Positions 1 through 9,753 of a stretch of 64,000 nt of DNA are shown here, piece after piece. The position numbers and the translations under genes were made by a program. The notes beneath the pieces were generated by a model. It saw only the letters and a list, made by a program, of their open reading frames with translations, did no database searches and had not been told where the DNA came from. Where the stretch lies: positions 1 to 64,000 of the IMG/VR virus record IMGVR_UViG_3300025676_000011; one strand, written 5' to 3'. The stretch's first letter is position 1. Each line of letters begins with the position of its first letter. The DNA comes from an uncultured virus (IMG/VR IMGVR_UViG_3300025676_000011) (Duplodnaviria > Heunggongvirae > Uroviricota > Caudoviricetes).

Positions 1-668
1 ACTTCTTTTGGAGCTGGTAATGACCTTACTGATTTAATCTTCTTAAAAGACTCTAATATACTAGATATGGATTTTATATTTGCCATATAAAGTTGATAAG
101 GTATTTTTTCACCATCAGTTTCCTCATCATCAGTTTCCTCATCATCAGTTTCCTCATCATCAGTTTCCTCCATTTCTTTAAGTTCTGCTAAAAATTCAGT
201 TAACTTTTCTAAAACTTCTTGTCTATCACCTTCACTTTCATCAGAGTATAATACCACTTCTGTTATTGCATAAATAGTTTCAGTTGTAACTCTTATTATT
301 TCATCTAAATGATTTTTACCTTCCGCTTCAGGTTCTTTTATTGCTTTTATTAATTTCCCTATTAAAATAGAAATAGACAACATATCAATTTCTTTATTTG
401 TTGCTTCATCAATCTCAGCTCCGTTTAATTTAGCAGTATCTACTAAATAATCAAATTGTGTTTTTAGTCTTTTAATAACAGAGTCTATTCTAACTAAATC
501 TATTCCTATTTGAGCCTTTCTAGCAAATGAGTGTAACATTCTTCCTAATAATGAGTCTCCCCATGCTATATCATTGGCGAATGGTCCTGCTCCTGAAACA
601 ACAGCTTCGTTAACGACTTTATATTTTGCTGACTTTAAGTATTCAGTTCTACTTGATAGATACTTCAT
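1..668 (-). CDS. Partial hypothetical acidic protein that runs off the window edge; probable virion-internal protein
   Basis: Not in the ORF track. ATG at 668 (MKYLSSRTEYLKSAKYKVVNEA...), frame open to position 1, contains EETDD repeats, TATATA late-type motif upstream. Confidence 0.8.
   Translation of the reverse strand, partial: MKYLSSRTEYLKSAKYKVVNEAVVSGAGPFANDIAWGDSLLGRMLHSFARKAQIGIDLVRIDSVIKRLKTQFDYLVDTAKLNGAEIDEATNKEIDMLSISILIGKLIKAIKEPEAEGKNHLDEIIRVTTETIYAITEVVLYSDESEGDRQEVLEKLTEFLAELKEMEETDDEETDDEETDDEETDGEKIPYQLYMANIKSISSILESFKKIKSVRSLPAPKE
113..170. repeat. 15-bp tandem repeat, about 4 copies, encoding EETDD on the minus strand
   Basis: CATCAGTTTCCTCAT at 113, 128 and 143, partial copy at 158. 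Confidence 0.95.
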
Positions 669-740
669 AAAAGAGTATTATTTTTTATTATATATTATTT
701 CTACATACTCTATTTTTATTTTTATTGATATTTATCTATA

Positions 741-857
741 AAAATTAGGTTTATCAATATATAATTACTATATTGTGTATAGAAACAATAATAATGAATT
801 AATAATAAAGAAAAGTAATAAAAAATTAGGTTACTTGGTATATTATCCTTATATTGT
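741..857 (+). promoter_or_regulatory. Two tandem early-type promoters, TTAG-N20-TATATTGT (variant of the Bacteroidota -33/-7 promoter)
   Basis: TTAG at 745 with TATATTG at 769; TTAG at 826 with TATATTG at 850. A near-identical element lies on the minus strand at 59540-59575. Confidence 0.7.
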
Positions 858-886
858 ATTATAATCATTAAATAAAACAAACCACT

Positions 887-1240
887 ATGAAAAACAACAT
901 AATTTGCATCGACCTTACTAAATTCAACAACGAGAAACTTAAAGAAGTTTCTAATGAATTAAACTTATCTTATGATATTGTTTTAAACAATAAGAAAAAG
1001 GGATTCGCTAAAATTTACTTAAAAGGTATTGAAGTTATAGCATTCACAACTAAGAAAGATAAAGGAAACATAATCTTTATGGAATCTTTCAAACTTGGAT
1101 TATTATTTATGGATTCTTTCGAATTAACTGATGAGCCAATTCAGTTCGAATTAGATTCAGTTTTAGAAAAAATCACAAAGTATGGAATTGATTCTTTGAG
1201 TAAAAAAGAGAAATATTACCTTGATAACCTTTCAAAATAA
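887..1240 (+). CDS. Hypothetical protein with a C-terminal DUF6576-like helical motif
   Basis: C-terminus LDSVLEKITKYGIDSLSKKEKYYL. Confidence 0.65.
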   Translation: MKNNIICIDLTKFNNEKLKEVSNELNLSYDIVLNNKKKGFAKIYLKGIEVIAFTTKKDKGNIIFMESFKLGLLFMDSFELTDEPIQFELDSVLEKITKYGIDSLSKKEKYYLDNLSK

Positions 1241-1269
1241 GGAAAAAAACAGGAAATAGTTAATATATT

Positions 1270-1297
1270 AAAAAACCGGGATATTTCCCGGTTTTTT
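1270..1297. terminator. Rho-independent terminator
   Basis: AAAAAACCGGGA-TATT-TCCCGGTTTTTT hairpin with flanking A and T tracts. Confidence 0.85.
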
Positions 1298-1409
1298 AAT
1301 TTTAAATAATTTTTTTTATTTACATAGTCGATTTTATTAAAAAAAAGAGGGCGGTATAATTTTCTATAAAAAATGTCGAATATATAAAGATGTAAATAAT
1401 TATTAAATT

Positions 1410-1709
1410 ATGAATTTTCAAGAACTAAAGTATAACGGTAAGACTTATACAGAATACAATCAAATCATTAAAATTATTAAAGAAGAAGGATTCTATTGGT
1501 TAATAGACTCCGAGACTGATGGTGCTATTTTAGAAATAGAGAATAACACTCTTATATGGCACGAAGGTATTTATATGGTTGGTGATTGGGAATATGGTAT
1601 ATTCAAAAATGGAGGTTTCTACGGCAATTGGAAAAATGGTATCTGGGAGGATGGATATTTTAAGGGCAATTGGGAAAGTGGAATAAATTTATCAAAAAAT
1701 AATGTTTAG
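1410..1709 (+). CDS. Hypothetical protein with W/F-x-x-G pentapeptide repeats
   Basis: WHEGIYMVGDWEYGIFKNGGFYGNWKNGIWEDG. Confidence 0.7.
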   Translation: MNFQELKYNGKTYTEYNQIIKIIKEEGFYWLIDSETDGAILEIENNTLIWHEGIYMVGDWEYGIFKNGGFYGNWKNGIWEDGYFKGNWESGINLSKNNV

Positions 1710-2166
1710 TATTATGAGAAGAAAAAAAGATTTACTTAAAGAATTATCAGAAATGACTTATGTTAATGATAAAGTTGTGATTAATAAAGATAGTGGTGGG
1801 TGGTTTTTTGAAATTGGTAAAGAAGTAACAACTGATGTCGCTGAAGCGGCGGTTATTCTTATGAGAGATTTTGGTTATAATCACCCAGTTTGGGAAACCG
1901 ATATTATTGATGTTGAAATTGAGGAGCTAACACCTGAGAAAAGTTTGTTTTGGTTAACAGGTGGTTATAAGGAGTGGAGAAGTTTAGAACATTATAATAG
2001 ACCTTGGTGTGATTGTTATTTAGACTTTCAGGAAGAATTTGGATTTTTGATTATAAATATTGTTAAAAAGGCTAATACGATGGGAGATATTAGAGATGGT
2101 TTTATTAGATATTTGAATTTGCCTGTCTTGTATGACTTTGCTATTGGTAAAGATTTTGTGAAATAA
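1702..2166 (+). CDS. Hypothetical protein (start may be the later Met, MRRKK)
   Basis: ORF track; coupled to the upstream gene and followed by a terminator. Confidence 0.75.
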   Translation: MFSIMRRKKDLLKELSEMTYVNDKVVINKDSGGWFFEIGKEVTTDVAEAAVILMRDFGYNHPVWETDIIDVEIEELTPEKSLFWLTGGYKEWRSLEHYNRPWCDCYLDFQEEFGFLIINIVKKANTMGDIRDGFIRYLNLPVLYDFAIGKDFVK

Positions 2167-2169
2167 TAT

Positions 2170-2200
2170 AAAAACCCATCAATTTGATGGGTTTTCTTTT
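2170..2200 (+). terminator. Rho-independent terminator
   Basis: AAAACCCATCA-ATT-TGATGGGTTTT followed by a T tract. Confidence 0.8.
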
Positions 2201-2214
2201 TTTATATATACAAT

Positions 2215-2451
2215 ATGGAATATAAAAGTGTATGTAGAAACCCTTGGTGTAAAGCACATTTTATCTATAACGATATTGATATACAAGATATTGATGGTAA
2301 GAAATTATCACCAAGTCAGTGTAAAAAGTGTGAAAGTTTTGATAGTGAATTGAGTGGTGGTGTTACTTGGACGGATAAAGAATATGAAGGGCCTCGGGAT
2401 GATGGAAAACCTCATGAGATGAGCTATAAAGTAACAAATTTTAAATTATAA
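2215..2451 (+). CDS. Small Zn-ribbon-like protein
   Basis: CRNPWC and CKKC cysteine pairs. Confidence 0.65.
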   Translation: MEYKSVCRNPWCKAHFIYNDIDIQDIDGKKLSPSQCKKCESFDSELSGGVTWTDKEYEGPRDDGKPHEMSYKVTNFKL

Positions 2452-2452
2452 T

Positions 2453-3304
2453 ATGGGTGCTCATTTTTTCGATATAGATGTATTAGTTGATGTTAATAGT
2501 AAGGTTTGGGTTATATCTAAGATAAAACCAGATATTCCTGTTATTAAAATTTCAAAACATGAATTTAAACTCATAAAAAGGGGCATTTATAAGAAATATA
2601 AACAAAACCTTAATATAGGAGGAAAATCATATTGGTTACCAGAAGATTTAATGAATAACCTAAAGGTTAGGTGTAAAAATTTAAAATGTGATATAACAGA
2701 TTTATCATTTTCGATGCAAGAATTTATGAACCCGTTAGTTATAGATCACTTAGAATTTAAGGTACTGGTTGAACACTTTCAACAATTGAAAAATACTAAG
2801 GATGATATTTATATTATTTGTTCAAAGAACACAGAAAAGAATTATAAAAAAGTAGTTGATACGTTAATAGAAAAAATGGCTGATTTTGGTTTGGTTATTA
2901 AGGATTTCTATTATTTATCAGAAACATTCTATAATAGAGATAAAGATAATATATCACATACTAAAGTTAAGTTACTATTACAACACTTGATTGGTTATAG
3001 AAGCGAGAGTGATAAATTTATCGATGAGGAAATAACACAATATGATAGAGTTTATTTTTATGATGATGACTCTAGTGTGATTTCATTGGCTAATGATTGT
3101 AACAAAACATTCGATTTCATTGTTTCAAACACAGAAGATTCAATAAAATCTAACATAAAAGATGTTGTTAAAGAGGATGATAAAATAATTATTGTTAATA
3201 AAGTAACAAATAATAAAGTAAATCCTTTTATAACCAAGGAGGTTTTAATAGAATGGAGTAATATAAAGAAAACTTTCGAGAGTTTTATCTACAAAAGAGA
3301 TTAA
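2453..3304 (+). CDS. HAD-superfamily-like hydrolase
   Basis: N-terminal FFDID motif I and YFYDDD motif IV. Confidence 0.55.
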   Translation: MGAHFFDIDVLVDVNSKVWVISKIKPDIPVIKISKHEFKLIKRGIYKKYKQNLNIGGKSYWLPEDLMNNLKVRCKNLKCDITDLSFSMQEFMNPLVIDHLEFKVLVEHFQQLKNTKDDIYIICSKNTEKNYKKVVDTLIEKMADFGLVIKDFYYLSETFYNRDKDNISHTKVKLLLQHLIGYRSESDKFIDEEITQYDRVYFYDDDSSVISLANDCNKTFDFIVSNTEDSIKSNIKDVVKEDDKIIIVNKVTNNKVNPFITKEVLIEWSNIKKTFESFIYKRD

Positions 3305-3955
3305 TTATTTCTTTTTCTTATCTTCTTCTTTACCGGTCATCGCCCTTTTAATTAAATCATTCAATTTTCTATTATCCATTACTTCACCACCTTCATCCTT
3401 TACTCCTTCATCGGCAGCGTGAGCGACTTGTGATTTAAGAACATCTGGACTTTCAATATCATTCAAGCCTAAATCGCTTCTTAGTGTTTTGTAGAATTTT
3501 TCAAGATCTGTTCTTTGTGTTGATAGAAATTTAGAATTTTCTCTTATCTGACCAATTGTTTGATTGACAACTTCGTGCATTCTAGCTGAGTTATCACCGT
3601 TATCTACCTGCCTTAGTTGATTTAAGAAGTTTTTACGAGTCATTTTAGAAAGAAATATAGCCTCGGCATAAACTAAAGCATCTTCCCTCATTTTTGTTTT
3701 TATGTATGAGTGTTCTTTTAATTGTGGTACATCACTTAGATATAAATCTACAAGTGACTCTAAGACTTCCATTGATTGTTGTGATGAAACACTTAAATCT
3801 GAATCGTAATCATATATCTCTATTTCTCCTAGATCTGGTAAGTCCTCGGGTTTAGCTAAGTGGTCAGATATATCAAAATTGAAATCATTACTTTCTGACT
3901 GAATTTGGTCAAATTCATCTTGTAATCTATTTCTTTCATTCTCACTTTTAGACAT
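3305..3955 (-). CDS. Probable terminase small subunit (T4 gp16-like)
   Basis: SARMHEVVNQTIGQI resembles the gp16 helical core; the gene is divergent from the large terminase. Confidence 0.5.
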   Translation of the reverse strand: MSKSENERNRLQDEFDQIQSESNDFNFDISDHLAKPEDLPDLGEIEIYDYDSDLSVSSQQSMEVLESLVDLYLSDVPQLKEHSYIKTKMREDALVYAEAIFLSKMTRKNFLNQLRQVDNGDNSARMHEVVNQTIGQIRENSKFLSTQRTDLEKFYKTLRSDLGLNDIESPDVLKSQVAHAADEGVKDEGGEVMDNRKLNDLIKRAMTGKEEDKKKK

Positions 3956-4000
3956 AGAGGTGGTTTTTTACAATATATATAAAAAAAATATGCTTTCTTT

Positions 4001-6133
4001 ATGGCTAAGGAACAAGTACAGAGACAAATGATATTCACAACCATTCTGGTTGATGATGCTACTGATAAAATAAATGATGGTGTTGTTGTTAAGAGATACC
4101 AGAACCCTTGGCTAAAAAGTGAAGTTGGTTTAAGAAGAGCTGGTGTTACTTTTAAGATGACTACTACTGAACAACAAGAGTATATTAGATGTGCTTTGGA
4201 TGTTCACTATTTCACTGAAAAATATTGTAAGGTTAAAACAGAGGACGGTAGTGTAGGTAATATAAAACTTCGAGATTATCAAAAAGATATGATGGATAAT
4301 TTTGTTAATAATAGATTTAATATATTAATGGCATCCAGGCAGGTCGGTAAGACTATATCATCCTCTATTTTTATGTTACATACAATTTTATTTAATAATG
4401 ATAAGAATGTGATGATAGTTGCGAATAAAGGTGATACTGCGGTTGAGATTGTTGATAAGATGAAATCTATTTATACTTTATTACCTTTCTTTCTAAAGCC
4501 TGGTATAAAAACCTGGAACCAGAAATCATTAACATTTGAGAATGGGTGTAGGATAAAGACATCTGCTAGAACAAAGACACCTGCGATTGGTTTTACTATT
4601 GATGTTTTATATCTTGATGAGTTTGCTCATATACCATCCAATATTATAGAACCATACTACACGGCTGTATTTCCAACTGTATCAGCAATTAAGAATTCTA
4701 AGATTATAATAACATCAACACCCAATGGTATGAACTTATTCCATAAATTACTTACTGATGGTGAGAGACCAGATGGTGATCCTAGAAGGAATAACTTTAA
4801 AGCTCATAGGGTTTATTGGTATCAAGTACCGGGTAGGTTTGTTACTTATGTTAGATTGAATGATCATAAATTATATGAACAGGGTATTGATAAGGAATAT
4901 ATTTTAAAATTTCTTCAAGAAAACCTTGGTGATATTACTAAAGTTGATATGTCTTATAATATTGATTTACAAAAAAATATTATAAGTGTACTTAATAATG
5001 ATAAATGCTCTGATGATGATATTAGATCATTGATGATAGTAAATTCAAAGGACGAGGAGATTCCTTTATTTTCTGTTGCTGAGTTAACAACTTGGAAAGA
5101 AGAAGCTATTAAGGATATTGGTGGAGAAGATGCTTTTAACCAAGAGTACGGTTTGAGATTTATCAATGCTAGTAAATCTCTATTAAATGAGTCTATTATA
5201 GATGATTTATTAAAGTCTAAGAAAAATTATATTCATGAGGAAATTTCAGAATTTGAAAAACTTAGATTTAGTTATAATGAATTAAGATGGGTTGATGATG
5301 ATGTTTACCTACCATTAATGAGAAAGGATTATAAAATTGTATTATCTGTGGATATCGCCGAGGGTTTAGGACAAGATTATTCAATAATAAATATATTCAG
5401 AGTTAATAATAAGACAAAGGAAGTCATAGATAACCAAAAGGCAGCATATACATCAATTGTTGATTTCTTTAAATTAGAACAAATAGGTATATATAGGAGT
5501 AATTTAGTATCTGTTAAGCAATTGGCTGAGATTTTATATCTTATTGCCTTTGAGTATTTTAATCCAGATAATGTTAAAGTTGTTTTAGAATTAAATAATT
5601 ATGGCAATACATTATTAGCTGAGCTACCACATGTTTTTGAGGGTAATAATGATTATGGTTCTTCTATTTTTGTTAGATATAAACATAGAGCTGATGCTAA
5701 CGAAGAGAAGGTTGGGTTAAAAGTTGGAGAAAATAAAAATTTATTGGTTAAGGATTATCAAGACTTAATGATATCTAAGGGATTCTCAATTAATAATGAG
5801 GAAACAATTAGAGAGATAACAACCTTTGTTAAACACACAACAACTGCTGGTAATACCAGATATGCTGCTGATGTAGGTCATGATGATTGCGTTATGACTA
5901 TTGTTAACTCAACATCTATATTTAAAAAGAGTGAATTTCGTGAAATGGTTGAGGAATGGTCGAGTAAATTTACAGATAGAGATCTTATGTCTTATATAAA
6001 TGGGTGCTTGAAAAACTTTGATTATGTTGAGGGTGTGGATTATGGACAAGTACTAAAGGTTAGAAGAAATTTCCAAAATCGTAATAAGAATACTGGATTA
6101 GATAATAACATTGGTACTTGGTTTGGTCAATAA
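4001..6133 (+). CDS. terL: Terminase large subunit (T4 gp17-like)
   Basis: LRDYQ Q-motif, SRQVGKT Walker A, LYLDEFA Walker B, ITSTPNG motif, VDIAEGLGQDYS and HDDCVM nuclease motifs. Confidence 0.95.
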   Translation: MAKEQVQRQMIFTTILVDDATDKINDGVVVKRYQNPWLKSEVGLRRAGVTFKMTTTEQQEYIRCALDVHYFTEKYCKVKTEDGSVGNIKLRDYQKDMMDNFVNNRFNILMASRQVGKTISSSIFMLHTILFNNDKNVMIVANKGDTAVEIVDKMKSIYTLLPFFLKPGIKTWNQKSLTFENGCRIKTSARTKTPAIGFTIDVLYLDEFAHIPSNIIEPYYTAVFPTVSAIKNSKIIITSTPNGMNLFHKLLTDGERPDGDPRRNNFKAHRVYWYQVPGRFVTYVRLNDHKLYEQGIDKEYILKFLQENLGDITKVDMSYNIDLQKNIISVLNNDKCSDDDIRSLMIVNSKDEEIPLFSVAELTTWKEEAIKDIGGEDAFNQEYGLRFINASKSLLNESIIDDLLKSKKNYIHEEISEFEKLRFSYNELRWVDDDVYLPLMRKDYKIVLSVDIAEGLGQDYSIINIFRVNNKTKEVIDNQKAAYTSIVDFFKLEQIGIYRSNLVSVKQLAEILYLIAFEYFNPDNVKVVLELNNYGNTLLAELPHVFEGNNDYGSSIFVRYKHRADANEEKVGLKVGENKNLLVKDYQDLMISKGFSINNEETIREITTFVKHTTTAGNTRYAADVGHDDCVMTIVNSTSIFKKSEFREMVEEWSSKFTDRDLMSYINGCLKNFDYVEGVDYGQVLKVRRNFQNRNKNTGLDNNIGTWFGQ

Positions 6134-6138
6134 AAATA

Positions 6139-6420
6139 CTAATTTACTTCCATAGTTACTGATAACCCAGCACTTTCCAATTTATCTTTCATTGTTGAAA
6201 TAGTTTCTAAGTCTCCGTACTTTACATCACAGATTCCTTTGAAGTGTACAAGATGAGCACATTGATTAGCTTGTTCTTGTTCATGGTCACAAACCTTCAT
6301 TAAACAAGTGATTACCCAATCAAATGAATTGTGATCATCGTTATGTAAATCAAGTCTAAATGGTTTAGAAAGTATTTCATCTACCTTAGTCTCACTTTTT
6401 TTCTTTGTAATAGTTGCCAT
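6139..6420 (-). CDS. clpS: ATP-dependent Clp protease adaptor ClpS
   Basis: LHNDDHNSFDWVITCLMKVC...A...VHFKG signature. Confidence 0.9.
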   Translation of the reverse strand: MATITKKKSETKVDEILSKPFRLDLHNDDHNSFDWVITCLMKVCDHEQEQANQCAHLVHFKGICDVKYGDLETISTMKDKLESAGLSVTMEVN

Positions 6421-6445
6421 TTTTATTATTTCCTTTTTGTATATA

Positions 6446-6961
6446 TTAATATGTATTTGTTATCTTATTTACTATATCAACAACTGTTACCTCACAATCT
6501 TGTTCACTAGCCCATTCTCTGAACTTTACAAGGTGTTCGTGTCTATCATCATACATGATGAAATTATCACAGTTTGTTTTTTCAATTAATTTTTCGAAAA
6601 GTTTGGTTTTGAATTTGAATGTATCTCCACCATCATTTAAGTGAATTTCATCAAATGATAAATTGTGTTTATTTAGAATTTTTTCAACATTTCCTCTCAT
6701 TCCTGGTGATTTTTCTAATCTACCAGTTGCCATTATTATGTAGTTATCCTCATCTGATACTGCTTCAAGATATCTTTGATATACCCATTCATTTTTATCA
6801 ACTTCGAAAACATCATTATCCAAAGATTCCGATTTACCCCACCATCCAACATATGGCCATGTCATCTCGGTCTTTTTCAACCAAATATCTTTACCTTCAG
6901 TCGGCATTGGTGAGTGTACTAATGTACCATCAAAATCGAAACAGTATAATGTTTTTGTCAT
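6446..6961 (-). CDS. HAD-family phosphatase (RNA-repair / polynucleotide 3'-phosphatase type)
   Basis: FDFDGTL, ATGR, FK and YDDR motifs. Confidence 0.8.
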   Translation of the reverse strand: MTKTLYCFDFDGTLVHSPMPTEGKDIWLKKTEMTWPYVGWWGKSESLDNDVFEVDKNEWVYQRYLEAVSDEDNYIIMATGRLEKSPGMRGNVEKILNKHNLSFDEIHLNDGGDTFKFKTKLFEKLIEKTNCDNFIMYDDRHEHLVKFREWASEQDCEVTVVDIVNKITNTY

Positions 6962-7000
6962 GTTGTTATATATTTATTTTGTCATGTTGTTATATATTTA
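6953..7000. repeat. Exact 24-bp tandem duplication covering the HAD gene start
   Basis: TTTTGTCATGTTGTTATATATTTA at 6953 and 6977. Confidence 0.95.
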
Positions 7001-7003
7001 ATA

Positions 7004-7035
7004 CAAATATAAGTAAAATCCTTGAATTTTTCAAA
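7004..7035 (-). promoter_or_regulatory. Bacteroidota-type housekeeping-sigma promoter for HAD-clpS
   Basis: The minus strand reads TTTG-N20-TATATTTG. Confidence 0.75.
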
Positions 7036-7089
7036 TAATACAAGGAGATAATTTGTTAATTTATATATACACCAAAATAAAAAAGTTTT

Positions 7090-7503
7090 ATGAAGTTAGA
7101 TATTAAGTCAATTCTCATATTAATACTTCTAGGGTTTACACTTATATTTGGGTATAAGTGGTACTTTAGTACTGATGGTGAGATTGGTGAAAAATTAGAC
7201 CAATTACAGGAAAGGTATGATGAGATTGAATTAAAGAAACAAGAATCTAATAAAAGGTTAGAAGATAATTCCTTTATTATAGATTCTTTGATGTTAGTTG
7301 ATAGTCTAAATGGTGAAAAAATTGCATTACTAGAATTTAATATTAGAGAAGCTGAGGATAAAGCTACCGAAAGCGCTGATAACCTTAGTAGGATAAAAAG
7401 AGAATTAGCGGATACTAGAAAGAAGATAGAAGAATTAAAGAAAAATCCACCAAATAGAACAGGAGACGATTTACTTAATTCTATAAAAAATAAAACGAAA
7501 TAA
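7090..7503 (+). CDS. Membrane-anchored coiled-coil protein (possible spanin-like lysis component)
   Basis: N-terminal hydrophobic helix followed by a long coiled coil; late-type motif upstream. Confidence 0.45.
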   Translation: MKLDIKSILILILLGFTLIFGYKWYFSTDGEIGEKLDQLQERYDEIELKKQESNKRLEDNSFIIDSLMLVDSLNGEKIALLEFNIREAEDKATESADNLSRIKRELADTRKKIEELKKNPPNRTGDDLLNSIKNKTK

Positions 7504-8003
7504 TGAAAAGTTTATTAACATTGTTGGTTGGGTTATTAATTTCTATTAATGTACTTTCACAAGAAATAGAATATCCTAGATATGAATTAGATTCTTTGGG
7601 TCAAAGTGTTGTTGTTATGACAATAGAACAAGCTCAAAAGCTTGATAATAATTCTGATTTATTACAACTATTTGAGCAGTTAAATGTCCAGATTGGTAGT
7701 TATGATTCGGTTTGTGTTAAGGCGGTTAATGATAAGAATATTTTGATATCAGAACAAAAAGTTTTAATAGAACAATTAAACACTAGTATTGATACTAAGG
7801 ACACCACAATCGAAACTTTACAAAAACAAGTAACTGAGTATCAGTTAAGGGAGGTTATGTTTAATGATCAATTGATAAATCTAAAGGATCAGATAGATTT
7901 GAAAGATAAACAGATACGTGAGATGAAAACTAAGATGATAATAGGAGGAGGTCTCGGAGGTCTCGCTATTGTTGGTTTAATAATATCTATATTATTACCA
8001 TAA
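7503..8003 (+). CDS. Signal-peptide, coiled-coil, C-terminal TM protein (possible lysis partner)
   Basis: Hydrophobic N- and C-termini; stop/start overlap with the upstream gene. Confidence 0.45.
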   Translation: MKSLLTLLVGLLISINVLSQEIEYPRYELDSLGQSVVVMTIEQAQKLDNNSDLLQLFEQLNVQIGSYDSVCVKAVNDKNILISEQKVLIEQLNTSIDTKDTTIETLQKQVTEYQLREVMFNDQLINLKDQIDLKDKQIREMKTKMIIGGGLGGLAIVGLIISILLP

Positions 8004-8065
8004 TTAAGTTGTAAAAAACGGCTTTTAATACTTAATATATAACTTATAAAAAAATTCTATTAAAT

Positions 8066-8659
8066 ATGAAGCATATTAGAACGTATGAAAAATATCGTAT
8101 TGTAAAGAACAGATCTGAAATTATCAAAGAAGCTGTTCTACAAGTTAATGATATTTATAAAGTAAAGACAATGATTGATATTCCTCAATCTTTGATTAAC
8201 TCTTATGTTAAGAAAGTTAAAGAAACTACTGGTAAGAACCTAAGACAATTTTTTGGTGATGTTGACATCGCTGAGGAAATTGTTAAATATATTAATATGA
8301 ACAATCTTGATATAGAGAAGATTCCAGGTGGAGCTTTGATGGGTGGTCAAGAAGAAACACAAGTTCAGCAAGCTCAACCAGAAGCACAACCACAAGCTCA
8401 AATGCAACCTCAGGTTCAACCAGAAGCACAACAAACACAACCACAAGGTGAGTTTGAAGAGCCACAAGCAGATGCTCAAGTACAGGCTCAAGATGGTCAA
8501 GTACAAGTTCAAGCAGATGGTCAAACACAAGTACAAGATGGTCAAGTACAGGCTCAAGATGGTCAAGTACAGGCTCAAGATGGTCAAACACAAGGTCAAG
8601 TACAAGGTCAAGCACAAGACGAAGATGAAGAAGAGGACGAAGAAGAACTTCCACTTTAA
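8066..8659 (+). CDS. Hypothetical late protein with a Gln-rich repeat and acidic tail
   Basis: MKHIRTYEKY N-terminus, QDGQVQA repeats, EDEEEDEEE tail. Confidence 0.8.
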   Translation: MKHIRTYEKYRIVKNRSEIIKEAVLQVNDIYKVKTMIDIPQSLINSYVKKVKETTGKNLRQFFGDVDIAEEIVKYINMNNLDIEKIPGGALMGGQEETQVQQAQPEAQPQAQMQPQVQPEAQQTQPQGEFEEPQADAQVQAQDGQVQVQADGQTQVQDGQVQAQDGQVQAQDGQTQGQVQGQAQDEDEEEDEEELPL

Positions 8660-8682
8660 TTTATAGAAAATATTAAAAAATG

Positions 8683-8714
8683 AAACCCATCAAATAAACT
8701 TTGATGGGTTTTTT
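8683..8714 (+). terminator. Rho-independent terminator
   Basis: AAACCCATCAAA...TTTGATGGGTTT followed by a T tract. Confidence 0.8.
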
Positions 8715-8732
8715 ATTTAATATATACTTACA

Positions 8733-9347
8733 ATGAGATACCTAAAGGCATATGAGAATTATAATACTGATACAACACTTATAATTGTTGATGTTCAAAA
8801 ATCATTTAAGAAATTCTTTTCTGAGATGTACATAAATAAATTAAAAAAGTATTGTAATGAATTTGTCAATGTTTATCAAATCTGGGATAACCATACAGAT
8901 GGTAAAATTGTTGATAAAGACTACTTATATGATAAAAATCCTGAAATTCCAATACATGATGATTTATACCATTTTCCTAACCAAAGTGAGTTAATCGAAA
9001 AGAGATATAATTATGATGTAGATGCTGATTTTTATAAAAAAATTCTAGATAAGGAAGTTTATAAAGAGATTAGTGATAAAGAGGATAATAAACAATTAAA
9101 AAAAGGTGACTTTTTCCGAACAAAAGAGGGAACTATTATAGTTTATATTGGTAATAATCATAAATGGTTCCAAGTTCCTATTAAATTATATAAACATCTT
9201 GTTGAATTAAGGGGTAAGAGTGTTATTATTGTTGGTGGTTCTGATTCTGAATGTTTGGAGGATATTATTACATCTGCTGAAAGTCTTGGTGTTAATATTA
9301 AAAGAGATTATAAGTATATCTACTCAGCAAATCATTGTCCTATCTAA
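8733..9347 (+). CDS. Isochorismatase / cysteine hydrolase family protein
   Basis: LIIVDVQKSF and VGGSDSECL catalytic motifs. Confidence 0.7.
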   Translation: MRYLKAYENYNTDTTLIIVDVQKSFKKFFSEMYINKLKKYCNEFVNVYQIWDNHTDGKIVDKDYLYDKNPEIPIHDDLYHFPNQSELIEKRYNYDVDADFYKKILDKEVYKEISDKEDNKQLKKGDFFRTKEGTIIVYIGNNHKWFQVPIKLYKHLVELRGKSVIIVGGSDSECLEDIITSAESLGVNIKRDYKYIYSANHCPI

Positions 9348-9721
9348 ATTACTGAAGCATAAACCTCATAGTCTTTGAGATTGAATGTTATAACCATATA
9401 CTCTTGGTGTCTATCTGGATCTTCGAAAAACTCAACTGTTAGCCCATAGTCTATACCATCTATTTCCTCTATATAATCTGATATTTGTGCTCTAATATCT
9501 CCTTCGATAGCTTCTGCTGATAATCTTGTTTCATATAATAGAGCTGGTAAATCTGCTCCGAAGTTTGGATCACCTAATAAATCACCTTTATTAGTGAAAA
9601 TGACCATTTCGTATTTTTGTACGATCACCCTAATCACATCATCCTCAATCATTTCTTTATCGGTGAATCTTGGGTGACCAGGGTAACCTATGTAGAAGTC
9701 TATAAAATTAATATCTGCCAT
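9344..9721 (-). CDS. Baseplate wedge protein, gp25/GPW-like
   Basis: FTNKGDLLGDPNFGADL...LLYE matches the gp25 T-x-x-GE/D...P-x-FG pattern. Confidence 0.75.
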   Translation of the reverse strand: MADINFIDFYIGYPGHPRFTDKEMIEDDVIRVIVQKYEMVIFTNKGDLLGDPNFGADLPALLYETRLSAEAIEGDIRAQISDYIEEIDGIDYGLTVEFFEDPDRHQEYMVITFNLKDYEVYASVI

Positions 9722-9753
9722 GTGTTTATATATTAATTTTTATATATACTCAT

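Noticed and set aside
4838..5092. Possible intein in the terminase
   Set aside because: No Cys/Ser start, no His-Asn end and no LAGLIDADG motifs; kept only as an insertion.
8240..8666. Overlapping alternative-frame ORFs 8240..8617, 8292..8654 and 8343..8666
   Set aside because: Shadows of the Gln-rich QDGQVQA repeat in 8066..8659.
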